From NCBI RefSeq assembly GCF_006345805.1, contig NC_042998.1:204538001-204602000 (forward strand): DNA of 64,000 bases. Reading direction: 5' to 3'. How positions within the stretch are numbered: the stretch's first letter is position 1; the number at the start of each line of letters is the position of its first letter. The position numbers were made by a program, and so were the translations under genes. The stretch is from Octopus sinensis. Lineage: Eukaryota. The notes below the pieces were generated by a model. The model saw only the letters and a program-made list of their open reading frames with translations, made no database searches and was not told where the DNA came from. This document shows positions 23,461 to 37,105 of this stretch, piece after piece.

Positions 23461-26059
23461 TAGAGAGACAGACAGACAGACAGTGTGCGCGCGTGTGATG
23501 CGAGGTCCAATCAGTCGCCGCACAAAACGTGTGTTCATTGATTAATGAATGTTTAAAAAAAAAAGGGAACGACATGGAAAGTGAGATGTGTAATTTGTTG
23601 CTCAGCTCCAGATCAACTCTGATCTGTTTATCAAGGCATTCCAACCGTAACCACCGCATCTTCTCAAGCCTTGTCTAATAATGATCAACGCGTGTGGGAT
23701 ATGGCGAACATTTCGCTTTTATTTCTCAACAAAGCACATCGACCATGGAGAGAAGAGAGAAAGGTAGCTTTGTTGTGTGAGTGTGTGTATAGTAAATATA
23801 CAACAGATGCTCTGTACACACACACACACACATATATATATATATTACCCGGGCGGATACCGTATTATTAATATGCATATATAATATATATATATATATA
23901 TATAATATATATATATATATATAATGCAGAACATACTGAATGGAAGGTGGTTGTATATTCTGGCAAGGAGGACAAACTGGTCTCAATTTTCAATTGTAAT
24001 GAATGTAGAATAACATGAAAATCAAGGCCACAGCCTTTCTTTGCCTTTCTCTGTCTCTGTCTCTCTCTGAAAGCGGGAAGTTGATAAACAATAAATGGAA
24101 TTTAAAAGTTGGTTATTTAATATAAATAACAAACAAGTTAACATATACAAAGTGTGTTTGGTCACCTCTTGATGAAACAATAAGAAAAACCAGGTTTTAT
24201 AACTGCATTTTGCCAAACGAGCCTGTATGTAACCGCTCGGTTTGCTAGAAATGTCAGTCAAATCTCCCTTAAAAACCATCCTACATGATTCGACACTGTC
24301 TAAAACAGAGATTTTATATAGTAGTGGTTGATATCTTTGACCATGGGGCTGCTCAAATAGGGCCGACGTGGGGCTTTATTTATCGAACTTATTAATAAAT
24401 TACTATAATGTTTTTATAGGCAATGCATCTATTTTATAAAATATTATTTTCCATTTCTAAGATAACGATTCCAGTCAACACCGGATGTGTGTGTTTTTGT
24501 GTTTAATTCGACAAAATTATTAAATTAAGTGTTTTATAGAAAAGTTTATATAAGTAATATGTTTGTTACTGTATGTAAACTATATTACAAAGTATAATTA
24601 ATTGTTCGTTAAATATATAGAGAGAGTTTTAAACATGATTTCGATATAAAAAGATAAAATACCTGGTCTGTGTGTTTAGTTTTTCGTCCTAGCTTTGTTT
24701 AGAAGTTAAATCAGTGATGAAAAAGGGACAATATTAAGGGAGATGTTATTTAGATGTGGAAATACAAGGTGGGCTTTTATTTAATAGGAATAAAATTGTA
24801 ATTATAGAAAAAAACAGAGGGTTTTGTGTGACATTAAGAACGTTGAACGAGTAATACGGAAGAAAGACTGATATATATATATATATATATATATAAACAT
24901 TGTTTAAATACGACTTTAAGACAATAATAATAATAAATAGCAACCACTAATTAAAGGTTTGTTAGTCATTAAGGAAGATTGCAGCCTCGCACCAGTTCCA
25001 AAAATATTGAAATTAAAAGAAAATTTAATGAGAATGGAAATATGTTTTAGCGCTAATATTTTCTAAGATGATAATAATAATAATAATAGTGATCGAATAA
25101 AATATTTTACAGGAAGAAGAAAATTACGGAATCGTCGACAATAATCTGAGTCTTATAATATCTGTCGATTGATCTTTGTTTTGTGGGGAAATTCACACAC
25201 AACAGAATATAAATACAAAACTAAAAGTGAAGGGAAACTTTAGCAAAGCTAAAAATAATTTTAAAATATTATTACATTTTTAAAGGTTATTACAAATAAA
25301 CATTGCGTTTTGCCTTCAAAGAAAATTATGGTATTTACTTATTTTAATTACACTTTCTGCCAAACGGACGATGACACGAAATATGGGTTCGACGAAATTG
25401 AATAAAGGATAGACATGTTTGTGAACATAAAAAGGATTATTAAAAAGATAAGCCTAACTCTTTATGTTCATGTTGAATATAAGGTGCTTATCTCAATAAT
25501 TTAAACAGCTTCAACAACCGGTTTCATATATTTTGCAACAATATACAGCTTTAAATTAAACGAATTTAATCAGCAATATTTTATGATAAATGCATGTGAA
25601 AATTGCTGGCACACACCACATAATTTATACGAAGAGAAATACCTAATAACTACACACAGCATTAAAATTCAAGAATAAAACTAATCGAAGATGGTAATTA
25701 AAGGATGAGAAAAATTTCGATTTCACTGTCTAACAACACACACCAAACCATGTTGCTATATAAAATGTGTATTACAAACAAATATATACACATGCATGTG
25801 TGTGTGTGTGTACATATACATGCGTGTATATATATATATATATACCCACATGCCTGTATATGTGTACATTATATATATATATACATGCATCTGCATATAT
25901 ATGTATACATACACATGCGTGTGCATATATATATATATATATATATACACCACATACACATGCGTGTGCATATATATATATACACACAATGCATATGTGT
26001 GCACATAGACAAACATACAAGCACACTATATTCGTGTATATAGATACATATAAACACAC

Positions 26060-26094
<35 letters not shown>

Positions 26095-26269
26095 CACGCA
26101 GACAATTTCATATATATATGTATGTATGTATATATATATATGTGTATGTATGTAAAGCAAATTCATGATGGTTTCCAAATATATAAGTGGTAATTATTGA
26201 AAAGTGCGAGTGATACCTGTTGTGTTGTCGGTGTCAGTGCGACTGTATGGCTGGAACCATTGCTAGACT

Positions 26270-26640
26270 AACGCCCTCTCTCTCTTCCTGCACGTAGACA
26301 CACATGTCCGCAGGAAAATGGCGTATGCAAAAACGGCGCAAACGATGCAAGACTTTTGCACCAAAATTCTCTGAAATTCTCGCGAAAACAAGAATTCTTA
26401 CCTCATTGCACAAAACAAATAGTCGAGTTCTTCAGCTGTATTTGAAATCGGTAAATTTCCCTTTGTGATAAAGCAATAAGGAAGAAAAAACCTAACTCGA
26501 ACGCAGAAGCGGATGAACTTATTTAATAGAAAATAAAATGGCGTAGTGTATGGCCCCTTAGTGAAGAGTTGTCTGTCCTTAGTGAAGATTTTTGCCGCCG
26601 AGTGTCGCGGTTGAGGTACGCTCATATCACCTTATGGCTT
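26270..26640 (-). promoter_or_regulatory. CpG-rich candidate promoter / non-coding first exon
   Basis: Unique CpG-rich island in AT/microsatellite DNA. Two YY1-type AAAATGGCG motifs (26315, 26535), CCTTAGTGAAGA repeated twice, and a consensus minus-strand donor AG|GTAAGA at 26402/26401. Confidence 0.45.
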
Positions 26641-27021
26641 TCAGAGTAAAGAAAATGTCGAATGTTAGAAAACTGCTAGAATTGTTTTTCATTTTAATTG
26701 TTATCTTTCTTAAAATAAACTCAATTTTATGTCGTTTACGAAAAATATAGCTTTAGTTTCTAATTATTTAGAAATAGTCTCGAATTAGATTATTTTCTGC
26801 AATACATTAAGCCTGTCTAACTTTTTCTAAATATGGACGTGAGGTGTCGCTCACGTCAGCGAAACATTTTCTTCGTCCATCTTATGTCAAACGTATAACA
26901 AGAACCATTTTTATCAATGTATAACATAACACATTTATTTGTATTAATGTAGTGCGTATAACATGCGTTCATAGTAACGTAATACAGTATTTGTGTGTGT
27001 GTAATACAAATGCATTATATG

Positions 27022-27069
<48 letters not shown>

Positions 27070-28422
27070 ATATATTATATACATATATATAATATATTAT
27101 TTATATTATATATATATATAATATATATATATATTAATGCAAGATTCCTTTAGCTTGTTAAAAAGTAGTTTATTTACAAATGTACAAGCATTTAATTGAG
27201 CAATACACATACATACATACATACATACATCATACATATACACCTATATGTTTGTCTATACACATACATATATTTTTACATTAGTAAACATACATATTAC
27301 ACACACACACAAACATCCGTATAGTTACATATTTATACATTTTTATTCATACATATAAATTTATTTGCTTACATGTGTGTATACGCGTACAGATATACAC
27401 ATAATTTAAATACATATGCAGATTTAATAAAATAAACTGTCACAACGAATGCATTATTAAACTAATTGCATCATAATACACCATACAAGTATGAGGTGTT
27501 GTTTTGCGTGGATCGATCTAAAGAAGGAACAATATAACAAATAGAGATAAACCGATAGAAAGATAGACATATTTGAATAAACAAAGATATCGTTTACTGT
27601 TATAGATGCAAAAACATATTTAATATTTCATATCCCATTGTTTTAGATAATAATAATTATTTATATATATATATATATATAATACACGTATATATGTATG
27701 TACGCGTGTGTGTGTGTGTGTGTTCCTGTTGTATTCACACATGACCGTTCACACTGACTTTTTGTTACAGGCAAAAAGCTGATGTTTTTGTTTGGCTGCT
27801 TTCTGTTTTTCGGCCGATCGAACGAGCAGCGAAGGGGCTGCTTGTGTAGTTTTCTTCGTTCACTGTCGCCGTCATATTTTACTACAGTCAGTTGCCTTCA
27901 ACTGAGCTGTTGTTACAGAGTGCGACTGCGCACACAGAGCTGCATCTTCGCAGAAGCCTCCATTACTGCTGCCGCTTCTAGCTTCTTCTTCTCATAACAA
28001 CATATTTACGAAACAGAGAGAGAAATAAATAAATAACAATATTAATAACGATTTCTCGTACACACTTTCAGACGCACTCACACACGTGTTTACGTATGGG
28101 AAACGGCTAATTAATGAAAAACTAAACCACAAAAGAAATTCAAAATAAGTTGATGTCATTATTATTTACTTATTAAATTTTTTCTTTTCAGTTGAGCGAT
28201 TGCAATTGTGGAAATGTTGTAAGATCTCTGTAGTTTTGTAGTTTGTAACGAAGAGATATAACAATAATAATAATACTCCCCGCTATGTGCACAAGGCCTG
28301 AAATTTGTGGGGAAGGGTCTAGTCAATTACATCGACCCTAGTGTTCAACTTGCACTTATTTTATCGACCCCGGGAGGGCAAAATGCAAAGTCTCTCTCTC
28401 TCTCCTCTCTTCTCTCTCTCTC

Positions 28423-28468
<46 letters not shown>

Positions 28469-28485
28469 GTGACACCTTATATATA

Positions 28486-28523
<38 letters not shown>

Positions 28524-29837
28524 GTGCCAGGCTACATATATACACAAGTAGCGAGGAATCAAGGAAGAACAGTAATACTGCATGGTGTTTGTGTGTTAGC
28601 AACATTAAAATTAAGCGTGCATCATAGAGAATCGAAACCCGTCTGCCCGATATGGGCCGCGAAAATTTAGCTTTATTTATTTCGACAACACTGCGCTCGC
28701 TAACGAAAAGCGGAGAACAATAAACTTTTGATTTTTAAATAGATTTGTAGAATGACTAGTTTGTTGTTATGACATTCATGCCGTTCCTCCTAAAACTATG
28801 AATTATAAAATGACGTACATCGAAGCCTTTTCAGTATTCCCTTCATATACACACATACGTACATACATATATATGTACGTGTGTGTGTGTGTGTGAAGCA
28901 AGACCGAAAAATGATAGCACATTTTGTATAAGTTTAAAGACACTAGCGCCTGACATTAAGTTAATCACTGACTATTTTATAATAGAACCCTTGTCTATTT
29001 TTTAAGTGTACTTTTTAAAGTGTAATATCAGTTTTATTTAATGCAAAAATCAAAGATAACAGTTCTCATCTAAACAATTTATTTGAAAGACCTCGTGTTC
29101 GCAGATTTCCGGAATGACTGCGCATTCTCCGAGTTAACTTCCTGAATTTCCACACACGAAAAAAAATGAAATAAAATATATTTTTAAACAATACCAAATT
29201 CATGATAATCATTGGCAATGATAACATTTTATAAATCATATTATAAGGAAGTACTCTAACATGAATTTTGTTTTACTATTATAAAATCATGAAGTTAAGA
29301 AGGGATATTTATATAAAAACATCCGAAATTAGAATTGATATAAAATACAAGTATGGCGTTCGGGGATGTTCGTTCGTGTATGCGTGTGTATGTGTGTGCA
29401 TCCTTTTATGATTGCATGTTTATATGAAACGTTTGTATGTATATGAGTGTGTGTGTTTGTGAATTTTGTTTTACCACTTCACAACCGGTATTAGTTAGTT
29501 TGCATCCCCGTAACGTAGCGCTTCAGCGAAAAGAGACCGACACTATAAGTACCAAGTTTTAGAATATAATTAAAGGAGTCGATTTGATCGGCTAAACCCT
29601 TCAAGGTCATGGCTGCAATCCAATGATTGAAACACAAAAGTACATTATTTATATATTAACGCACACATACAATTACACGCATATATATATATATATATAT
29701 CACCGTGACCAAACAGGGTATCAAATGTTGCTACACATCGCTGGTCACAAAGCGCTTCGCATTGTTTTAGCCTTCAGATGACGCCACCCCGCTGACTAAG
29801 CGAGCAGGCCAATATATATGTGTATATATATATATAT

Positions 29838-29908
<71 letters not shown>

Positions 29909-30297
29909 TATATATATATATATTATATATATATATATATATATAATTTATATATAAAGTATTTAATTATATAAATATAATTATAATAAGGCAACTAATT
30001 GTAGCGCCACATGCAAAAGAAGACGCCAAATGGCTCTCTAAAACTACCTTATTTATCGCGCACGCTCATGCACACACATGCATACATACATACTGAGCAC
30101 AGAATTTTGTCAGTGACCAGGTCGCGGTCTCAAAGCGACGAAAATATTTTGACAAATTAAACTTAAATGTTGAAGTGAATCTAACGGTTTTGTGTATTTC
30201 TTAAATGGCTTATAAACACCTTCCACGCTGCAATTGTTTTCGTTCCAGCACACGATCTCAGATCAAATCACTTGCTATGCGAGTAATCTCCGTAATA

Positions 30298-30342
<45 letters not shown>

Positions 30343-30351
30343 GATATATAT

Positions 30352-30390
<39 letters not shown>

Positions 30391-30394
30391 CTCT

Positions 30395-30660
30395 CCCGTC
30401 GAAGACGACGTATGAACTCTCAGCTTTTGCCGAATGAGCCACTCGAATGATTTGTTTATGGTAATAAAATGTCCGTGCCGCGCATTAGCTCACTTCTCTT
30501 CATCACATCGACGTTGGATGAACAGGTGCACAAGTCTACCACGTGTCGGGTGTCGACGTGATCGCAGAGAAGCCTGAGATTAAGTGTTTTGCTCAAGAGC
30601 ACAATGCTCAACCAAGTGTAGGAATTGAAACCACGATCTAGCAATCGTGAGAGCAGCACG
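30395..30660 (-). mobile_element. Further tRNA-derived CORE-like SINE fragment
   Basis: The minus strand shows GATCGTGGTTTCAATTCC (B-box-like) followed by TGTGCTCTTGAGCAAAACACTTAAT. Confidence 0.55.
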
Positions 30661-30716
30661 CGCATACATACATACATACATACATACATACATACATACA
30701 TACATACATACATACA

Positions 30717-30747
<31 letters not shown>

Positions 30748-31062
30748 GTCATCATCATCATCATCAAGCTGGGGGGAGGGGTCTGCACCAGACCCCGGTC
30801 TGATTTGGCATGGTTTCTACAGCTGGATGCACTTCCTAACGCCAACCACTTTACAGAGTGTGCTGGGCGCTTTTACGCGTCGCCGCACGGGTGCTTCTAC
30901 GTCTCACCTTACGGGCTCTTTTACATGGCACCCCCACGAGAGCTTTACACCATCAGAATGGTTGGTTTTAACACTTCCTCTACGGAGTACAGGTCTTCTT
31001 GATTAGGGCAAGGCGCTGATAGATCGCTAGCCTCTACACATTCTTTATTTTCTCTCCTTGTT

Positions 31063-31100
31063 TCTTTCTGTGGAAGAGCATAGGCTCGAAACGTTAAAGA
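31063..31100 (+). ncRNA. Minimal hammerhead motif (core variant CUGUGGA)
   Basis: UCUUU-CUGUGGA-A-GAGC(AUAG)GCUC-GAAAC-GUU-AAAGA: perfect stems I and II, palindromic AACGUU stem III, one core substitution. Confidence 0.65.
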
Positions 31101-31246
31101 CTTTTTCACTCCTCGAGCGTCATACTAATACATCTGTTTGTTGTCTACACCACCTGTCTTCGATTTTTTTTTTTTGTGAATTCTCGTGTACCGTTGGCGA
31201 TTTTTTTCCCTCTGTCTTCCCTTCTCTGGATCTTTCCTTCTCCTAT

Positions 31247-31281
31247 GTTTCCGACGAAGAGCTCCGCTCGAAACGTTAAAC
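31247..31281 (+). ncRNA. Minimal hammerhead motif (core variant CCGACGA)
   Basis: GUUU-CCGACGA-A-GAGC(UCC)GCUC-GAAAC-GUU-AAAC. Stem I covaries relative to the upstream motif. Confidence 0.65.
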
Positions 31282-31897
31282 CCTCCTTCTTCCTTCTTTC
31301 CTGAGCGTCCAATAACACTATATTTGTTCCACGTCCTCGCGTTGTTGTGTTTTTTGTGCTTTCCTGTTTGGATTAACTATAGTTAATCTATATATAACTA
31401 TAACTATATATATAGTTAATCCAAACATGAAAGCACAAAAAAAAACACAACAACGCGAGGACGTGGAACAAATATAGTATTATAGGACGCTCAGGAAAGA
31501 AGGAAAGGAGGAGGGTTTAACGTTTCGAGCGGAGCTTAGCTCACTCAGATGGTGGATGGGTGTAACACGAGTATGCAGAGGATGGCTCTGAACATTAATC
31601 CGTTTAAACTGGGGATGAAGAACTCAGAGCTGTGCGAGAGCCTCCCAAAAGTTAGCTCGAAAATAACACAGAGGAGACTGAGGTTAGCTGGACATTCAGA
31701 GTTGATACTGCTCCCAGGGAAACCCCTACACAGACACACTAGAGAAGGAGACCGAGGATGACGTGTTGATGCCCTAAGGACAGGCACTGGTCTCTGGGAA
31801 ACACACAGGACATGGCAGCGATGACGAGGGACAAAGAATGTTGGAGAGAACTCGTCCATGGATCTCGGGAATTTTATCCGCCCTAGAAAGATAGATC

Positions 31898-32001
<104 letters not shown>

Positions 32002-32631
32002 TGCATACCCACATAAGGGTGCACCACCCCTCGACTTTGTTTACTTATAACTTTCACTTCCAGAGAAACGCATATTTTTAAATGGAATTTTCTACAAATA
32101 CTTTTCAGATTTTGTAGATTACGATGCTATATCGGAAGTTAATGTGAAAGGGAAAAAAAAATGGTGGACGCGCACACATACCTACTGACACATATCATAT
32201 GGAGTTCCCTTTTTAGGTATATATGCAATGTGCATGTGCGCTGCGTGCCCATTCCTTTCTTCTTTGTTTTTTCACATAAAATTCCGGTATAATTGTAACC
32301 TACACCATCTGAACGGTATTTGTAAAAATTTCATTATAAAATGTCATTTCTCTGAAAGTTATGAGGAAACAAAGTCACGGTGGTGGGCACACTTGTGTAG
32401 ATATGCCTATACATATACATGCCACGTGGCTCTGTGGTAAGAAGCTTTTTAATGGAATTTTTCTACGAATACTTTTCATATCTATCTTCCCAACCACATG
32501 GCACCGGGTTTAGTCTCACTGTGTGGCACCTTGGGGAAGCGTAGCCTGCTATAGCCTGACGCCGACCGAAGTCTCGCGAGTGGATTTGGTAAACAGAAAC
32601 TGAAAGAAGCCCGTCGTACATATGTGCACAC

Positions 32632-32671
<40 letters not shown>

Positions 32672-33480
32672 AATTCAGGGTGAGTACTTGATAATTGTAA
32701 GCACCTGTGTATACCGTTTGGCGGTGTAGGTGGTGGAGTAAATTGATCAAAATAAAAACATGAATCCTTGGCATCATGTTTTTATTTTGATTAATTTATA
32801 TATATATGTATGTATATATATACATATATGTGTGTGTATGTATGTATGTATATGTGTGTATGTATATATATACATATATGTGTGTGTGTATGTATGTATA
32901 TGTGTGTATGTATATACATGCACACACACATGCATTATATGTATGTGTGTATCTGTTTTTGTGTTTGCCTCCCGTCACCATTTGACAACCAGTGTTGGTG
33001 TGTTTACGTCCCCGTAACGCAGCAGTTTGCCAAAATAAACCGATAGAATAAATGCGAGGCTTGAAGAATGAAATAAGTACTGCGGTCGATTAATTCGACA
33101 AAAATTCTTTGAGGCGGTGCCCCAGCATGGCCATAGCCTAATGACTGAAACAAGTAAAAAAATTAGAGATATATACGCACAAAGAAAAAAATATTGGTTT
33201 CGAATTTTGGCAAAAGGATTGCAATTTTCGATTGAAGGGCAAAATTGACCATTAAATTCACCCCAGTATTCAACTGGTATTTATATTATCGATACCGAAA
33301 GGACGAAAATCAGTCAACCTTGGCGGAATTTGAACCCAGAACGTAGAGACGGACGAATGACGGTAATGATTTTGCCATCTGGCCGCCTTACACACCAGGG
33401 AACTATTGGTATGTATGTATGTATGTATGTATGTATGTATGTGTGTATGTAGAAAGATAGATGGAGATAGACAGACAGAC

Positions 33481-33511
<31 letters not shown>

Positions 33512-33515
33512 TAGA

Positions 33516-33559
<44 letters not shown>

Positions 33560-34200
33560 TAGACAGACAGACAGATACATAGATAGACAGACAGACAGAC
33601 AGAAGACAGCCAGACAGATAGATAGGTAGATAGATGAGTAAATAGATATAAAGATAGATAGATAGATACGTACATACACACACACATACACACACACACA
33701 TACTTACATATATACATACATACATACATACATACATACATACATACATACACACATACATACATACATACATACAGACAGACACACATACATATATACA
33801 TATATGTATACATACATAGGATGTGTACATACAAATGCCTGCACAAATCTACGTAGGACTAATTTCTTGACGAATCACCGTAAATACAGAGGAGGTGAAC
33901 GCATACGTCACAACCGGATGCAACCGTTCGAGTGTGTCTCAGTGTAGTCGCTCAACTGCTAGACATAACAGCCAAATTTCACTTAAATCATACCTTATTG
34001 TCTTAGGTAAAAGAAGAAAAAAAAAACGTTACATTGGATAATTCAGCCGTACATAAACATAAGACGATATAGTCATGGTTAGCGTGTCTTTTGATCACGG
34101 AATCTGTTCAAATTAAGATTGACAACATATAATAATATGATTATTGTATGTTGTACGGATCATTTTAGAAAACATTCCATTAAATAAGAGGAAAACACGT

Positions 34201-34586
<386 letters not shown>

Positions 34587-35260
34587 ATAAATGTCTTCCA
34601 CGGATAAACCTTTTCTGCCTCCCCCTTTACATTTTACATGATGACATGTCTGTGATACACGATCTCTATTAATCGTTTTTTTTTTCCCTTCCTTTTACAA
34701 TCCCTTTTGATCGAAAACCTACCCCACTTTTATTTTTCTCTCCCCCAAAAGAAAAGCTCTGCTTTGTAATCTGTCCCGTCTGTGTGTAGCCCTGTGTGGC
34801 TAATTATGAAACATGTCTTTATTACTGCTTGCAGTTATTGACAAAGACAATTTTTCATTAAGCTAAAGGATTATTTAGCGGAATAGATATTTCTGAAACA
34901 TTGAGGCAATGGTGAAGTGTCACTTCGAAGTCTCAGCTTATATGTATATATATATATATATATATAAAACACACACACGCATGCATAGTGTTTTCGAAAC
35001 AAGAACACACAGCAGTTACTCTGGTACTTAAGTTTCGTGTGTAGCATTTGTCGTGTTATCGTGTAACAATACGACTGCGTGTGTGTGTATACTTATAAAT
35101 TCTTTTTTTCTTTTGCTTGTGCTGGAGCACAGCCTTTTAGTCGAACAAATTGACTCCGGGATTAATTCTTTGTAAGGCTAGTATTTGTTCTATCGGCCTA
35201 TTTGCCGAACCGCGAAGTTACGGAGATGTAAACACACAAACATCGGAGAGTGATATTATT

Positions 35261-35304
<44 letters not shown>

Positions 35305-35587
35305 AAACAAGTCAAAAATAGAAAATGCTAAGATAATTTTATAGTGATCTTTCAGTACCGGTTTCGGTCATTTGAGACCTTTCAACAACTGTAACGTTAA
35401 ATAATTAAATTTGAAAAATTAGAAGAAAATTTTTTAAAAGAATATTTCTGTAGTAGGTTCAGAATAAGTAGCATTCTGCCTTTCTCTGCCTCCTTGTTTG
35501 AACTTGTGATATATATATATATATAATAGATATATATATATATATATTATATATATATATATTATATATATATATATAGATATATAG

Positions 35588-35682
<95 letters not shown>

Positions 35683-35954
35683 GTATGTATGTATGTATGT
35701 ATGTATGTTGTGTGTGTGTGTATATACGACGGGCTTCTTTCAGTCTCCGTCTACTAAATCCACTCACAAGGCTTTGGTCGGCCGGGGCTATAGTAGAAGA
35801 CACTTGCCCAAGGTGCCACGCAATGGGATTGAACCCAGAACCATGTGGTTGGTAAGCAAGCTACTAACCACACAGCCACTCCTACACCTATGTATATACA
35901 TAAATATATATATAAGAATGCATAAATACATATACACAATCGGTATTATGTTTA

Positions 35955-36300
35955 CAATTCAGCCAAGACTAGACCCCGTGCAATTTGTCCTCTACAAGGG
36001 TCGAGATCGCATTCCGTAAGAAGAATGCGACACAATTTCTTCACTGCAAATGGTCCTGCACTTTTCAATGTTATCCCGAAAAAAATTCAAGTAGAAAAAG
36101 ACCCAACTTTCAAACGGTACCTGGACAAATTCCTCCAGGAAATACCGGACAAATCACCTACACCTGGATACGTCTCAACCAACAACAACACTCTGCTTGA
36201 GTGGTCCATGGTGTGCCGAAATAATTAATCAAAGGACTTTTCCAGGTGGTGCTACTTAGTTAGTCATGGCCTGGGCCGATAATGGCCGAAACAAATCTAA
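35955..36300 (+). mobile_element. Second CR1-type LINE 3' end
   Basis: RMRHNFFTANGPALFNVIPKKI....PTFKRYLDKFLQEIPDKSPTPGY. Its 3' UTR (CATGGCCTGGGCC..TAATGGCCGAAAC) recurs inverted at about 56115-56165. Confidence 0.8.
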
Positions 36301-36315
36301 GTTATTTTATATATA

Positions 36316-36708
36316 TACTAGCAGTATCGCCCGGCGTTGCTCGGGTTTGTAAGGGAATAACAATATAAGCATTTTTAGAGAGTATAGCCAAAAATAGCAA
36401 AAAAATGCATTAAATGGAAAAAAAACATGGTAAATTTTTTTAAATCGTTGACTCATCGTAGACATTTTCAGAGAGTTACCTCCCTTATATAATAGCGAAA
36501 AAAATGTATTAAAATGGAAAAAATGATGGTAAATTTCTTTTTAAATCGTAGACTCATCGTAGACGCGCGCGCTAATACCCAGAAGGGCTCGATATGAATC
36601 ACGACTATAAGATACCCGTTTTGGTTAAACTGTACCGCAAAATGTGGAGTAGTTAGGAATCTAAATCGTAGGAGACAGACACCACAACAACCTCCTTTTA
36701 TATATAAG

Positions 36709-36710
<2 letters not shown>
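36316..36710 (+). mobile_element. Non-autonomous Helentron/Helitron-like element in a (TA)n tract
   Basis: 5' TACTAGCAGTATCGCCCGGCGTTGCTCGGG with a subterminal hairpin; 3' AGACAGAC..CTTTTATATATAAGAT. The same 5' end recurs at about 60975. Confidence 0.6.
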
Positions 36711-36802
<92 letters not shown>

Positions 36803-36860
36803 CATACACACACACACACGCACACATATATGTATATATATATATATTATATATATATAT

Positions 36861-37030
36861 CATCATCATCATTTAACGTCCGTTGTCCATGCTGGCATGA
36901 GTTGGACGGTTGATCAGAGCTGGTAAGCTGAGACTCTGGAGCAGCCCTCATCTTACCAGCCCTGGTCAACCGTCCAACTCATGCCAGCATGGACAACGGA
37001 CGTTAAATGATTATGATGATGATGATGATG
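36861..37030. repeat. Head-to-head inverted pair of RTE 3' tails
   Basis: 36868-36927 versus 36952-37011, 2 mismatches in 60 bp, with (CAT)n/(GAT)n outside. Confidence 0.92.
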
Positions 37031-37105
37031 ATGATGAAGATGATGCATATGTAAATATATATAGTTGAAAAATATCGTTATAGGTATAAATATACCATAA
37101 ACAAT

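Larger units (their letters stand above)
31040..31536 (+). mobile_element. Penelope-like terminal repeat: two tandem minimal hammerheads plus inverted duplication
   Basis: Hammerhead motifs at 31063-31100 and 31247-31281. 31260-31381 is inverted at about 31410-31536. Confidence 0.75.
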
